64,000 bases of DNA from Octopus vulgaris (Eukaryota), in NCBI GenBank assembly GCA_951406725.2, contig OX597831.1:68386001-68450000 (forward strand). Direction: 5' to 3'. The stretch's first letter is position 1; each line of letters opens with the position of its first letter. Made by a program: the position numbers and the translations under genes. The notes beneath the pieces are model-generated. The model saw nothing but the letters and a program-made list of their open reading frames with translations, did not search any database and was not told the DNA's origin. Of this stretch, positions 62,596 through 64,000 are shown in pieces.

Positions 62596-64000
62596 TAAAA
62601 AATGGAGTTAACGCAGGTTTAAACAAGTATTTTTACTTTCTACATATGTTTCGAAAATTCCACTGATACTATTCAAAAGAATAAAAGGTATAAACAATGC
62701 AATCTTCTCTTCGGGAAAGTGAAAAAACGAAACTCGTCAATACGACATTTTAGCAAAAAATGATGGATTCGTATAGCGATAGACAGAACGCTATTAATAT
62801 TGTTTAAAAAACGTTATATGATATAACGTCATAAGTAGCTAACAGAAAGAGTAGGGATATTAATAGTGAATGTTAAATATAAAGGAAATTAAAGTTTAAA
62901 CTATATATAATGATAGAGACTACTTATATGCACTAAAAGTATGTTTCTGCCAATGCTTACATCTGTATGCTCGTTCTATAACCGTGTTTACTAGAGTATT
63001 TTTAGAAAAAAATAATGAAAAATAGCTCAGAATTGCAGAGAAGACAGAATTTCTTGCCTTTGTCATATGGTATCGAAATTGAGAGGATCAACCATTCTAA
63101 ATGAAATTGTTCATTGTGGTCTTTTAAATCCCAAATCAGTTTGCTGAGACCGGTACTATTCCGTTTATGTCTATCCCTAAATGTTGAGTAATGGATAGAA
63201 ATTCTTTTAGATAACTCTAACGATGTGCTTCCAATGTAAAATCGTACTTTATTACGAGTACTGATTATACACTGGTATATAGAATTTTAAATCTTAGAGT
63301 TACTTGACATAAATTTAATTCTATTGGAATTGACTTCAGATACAATAACCTTGTTATTAATATTTCTAGAGGATTGGATGGTATTAGCTAAATTAATGTT
63401 AGTATTAGTAAATGTATTAATATTTAACAGTTTGTTATTATGAGAAGATATAATTTGCAAGAGATTTTTTGTGTTTGAAAACCTATCCTAACCTTATGTG
63501 AATTAATTATAGAGTAATATCTAGAATTGTTTGGAAAATTCCTAGCAATAGCTTGACGAAACAGCAGTGGGAGATTAGATTTAATTTGTCTCCCGTAAGG
63601 AATTATTAACCAAATATTTTTACTAGTATTCATAGCGTAATTACTTTTGAAGGTGTTATATTTACTTTTAGATCGGTAATAGGGAAATAAATAAGGGTTA
63701 TCTGCCTTCATTCGCTTTGTATCGGTGCGTAAGTTATGTTTGTTATCAATAATTCTTTTATGACTAGAAATCTTATCTACATTATTGAGTTTACAATTAG
63801 ACTGAGCAGAATCAATGTAGAAACTTTTTTCTGTATAACCTGCTTTGATTAAGGCAGAGTTATAGAATTCAGCGTTATTATTGAAAATATCAACATTAGC
63901 AGATAATTTAGATAATCTAAATGAAATATTCTTAACTAAATTCTTAGTGATTGCTCCAGGATGATTACTAAATTTGCTAATGTACTTAAGATTGGCCAAC
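62594..64000 (-). mobile_element. Penelope-like retroelement 3' part (RT thumb, linker, GIY-YIG, pLTR); runs off the window
   Basis: YISKFSNHP..ISFRLSKLS..YNSALIKAGY (PLE thumb). After a frameshift at ~63476 and one TAA the frame reads IYQC..FYIGST..R..H..LSKLIWDLK..W.IL..CLLC.SE..CKH to a TAG at 62920-62922. Abuts (TA)n at 62523-62592. Confidence 0.9.
62635..62720 (-). ncRNA. Type I hammerhead ribozyme in the PLE pseudo-LTR
   Basis: Minus strand ACTTTC-CCGAAGA-GAAGATT..AATTTTC-GAAA-CATATG-TA-GAAAGT: perfect 6-bp stem I, 7-bp stem II, palindromic stem III, GUA site; U4>C in the core. Confidence 0.75.

Overview
AT-rich eukaryotic (animal) non-coding DNA, about half recognisable repeats. The SINE and microsatellite content resembles an octopod cephalopod genome (inference from repeat sequence, no search run). 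No host protein-coding gene could be supported. The only long ORF is a near-full-length RTE-clade LINE (minus strand, ~5807-9570). It encodes APE endonuclease + RT, has a C4HC3 PHD finger inserted inside the RT, and carries two in-frame TGA stops. Other contents: an R4/Dong-type LINE remnant, three Penelope-like element (PLE) remnants, Tigger, Chapaev3-like and hAT transposase fossils, piggyBac-type MITEs, and about 25 copies of two tRNA-derived SINE families. The most interesting signals are: (i) about a dozen hammerhead-ribozyme-like motifs from several unrelated short elements, nearly all next to (TA)n tracts, three of them in long fold-back palindromes; (ii) SINE head-to-tail multimers rejoining at one fixed junction with a ~184-bp period; (iii) the PHD-in-RT LINE; (iv) an (AAT)n insertion hub. 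All coordinates were read by eye, and the edges of degenerate elements are approximate.
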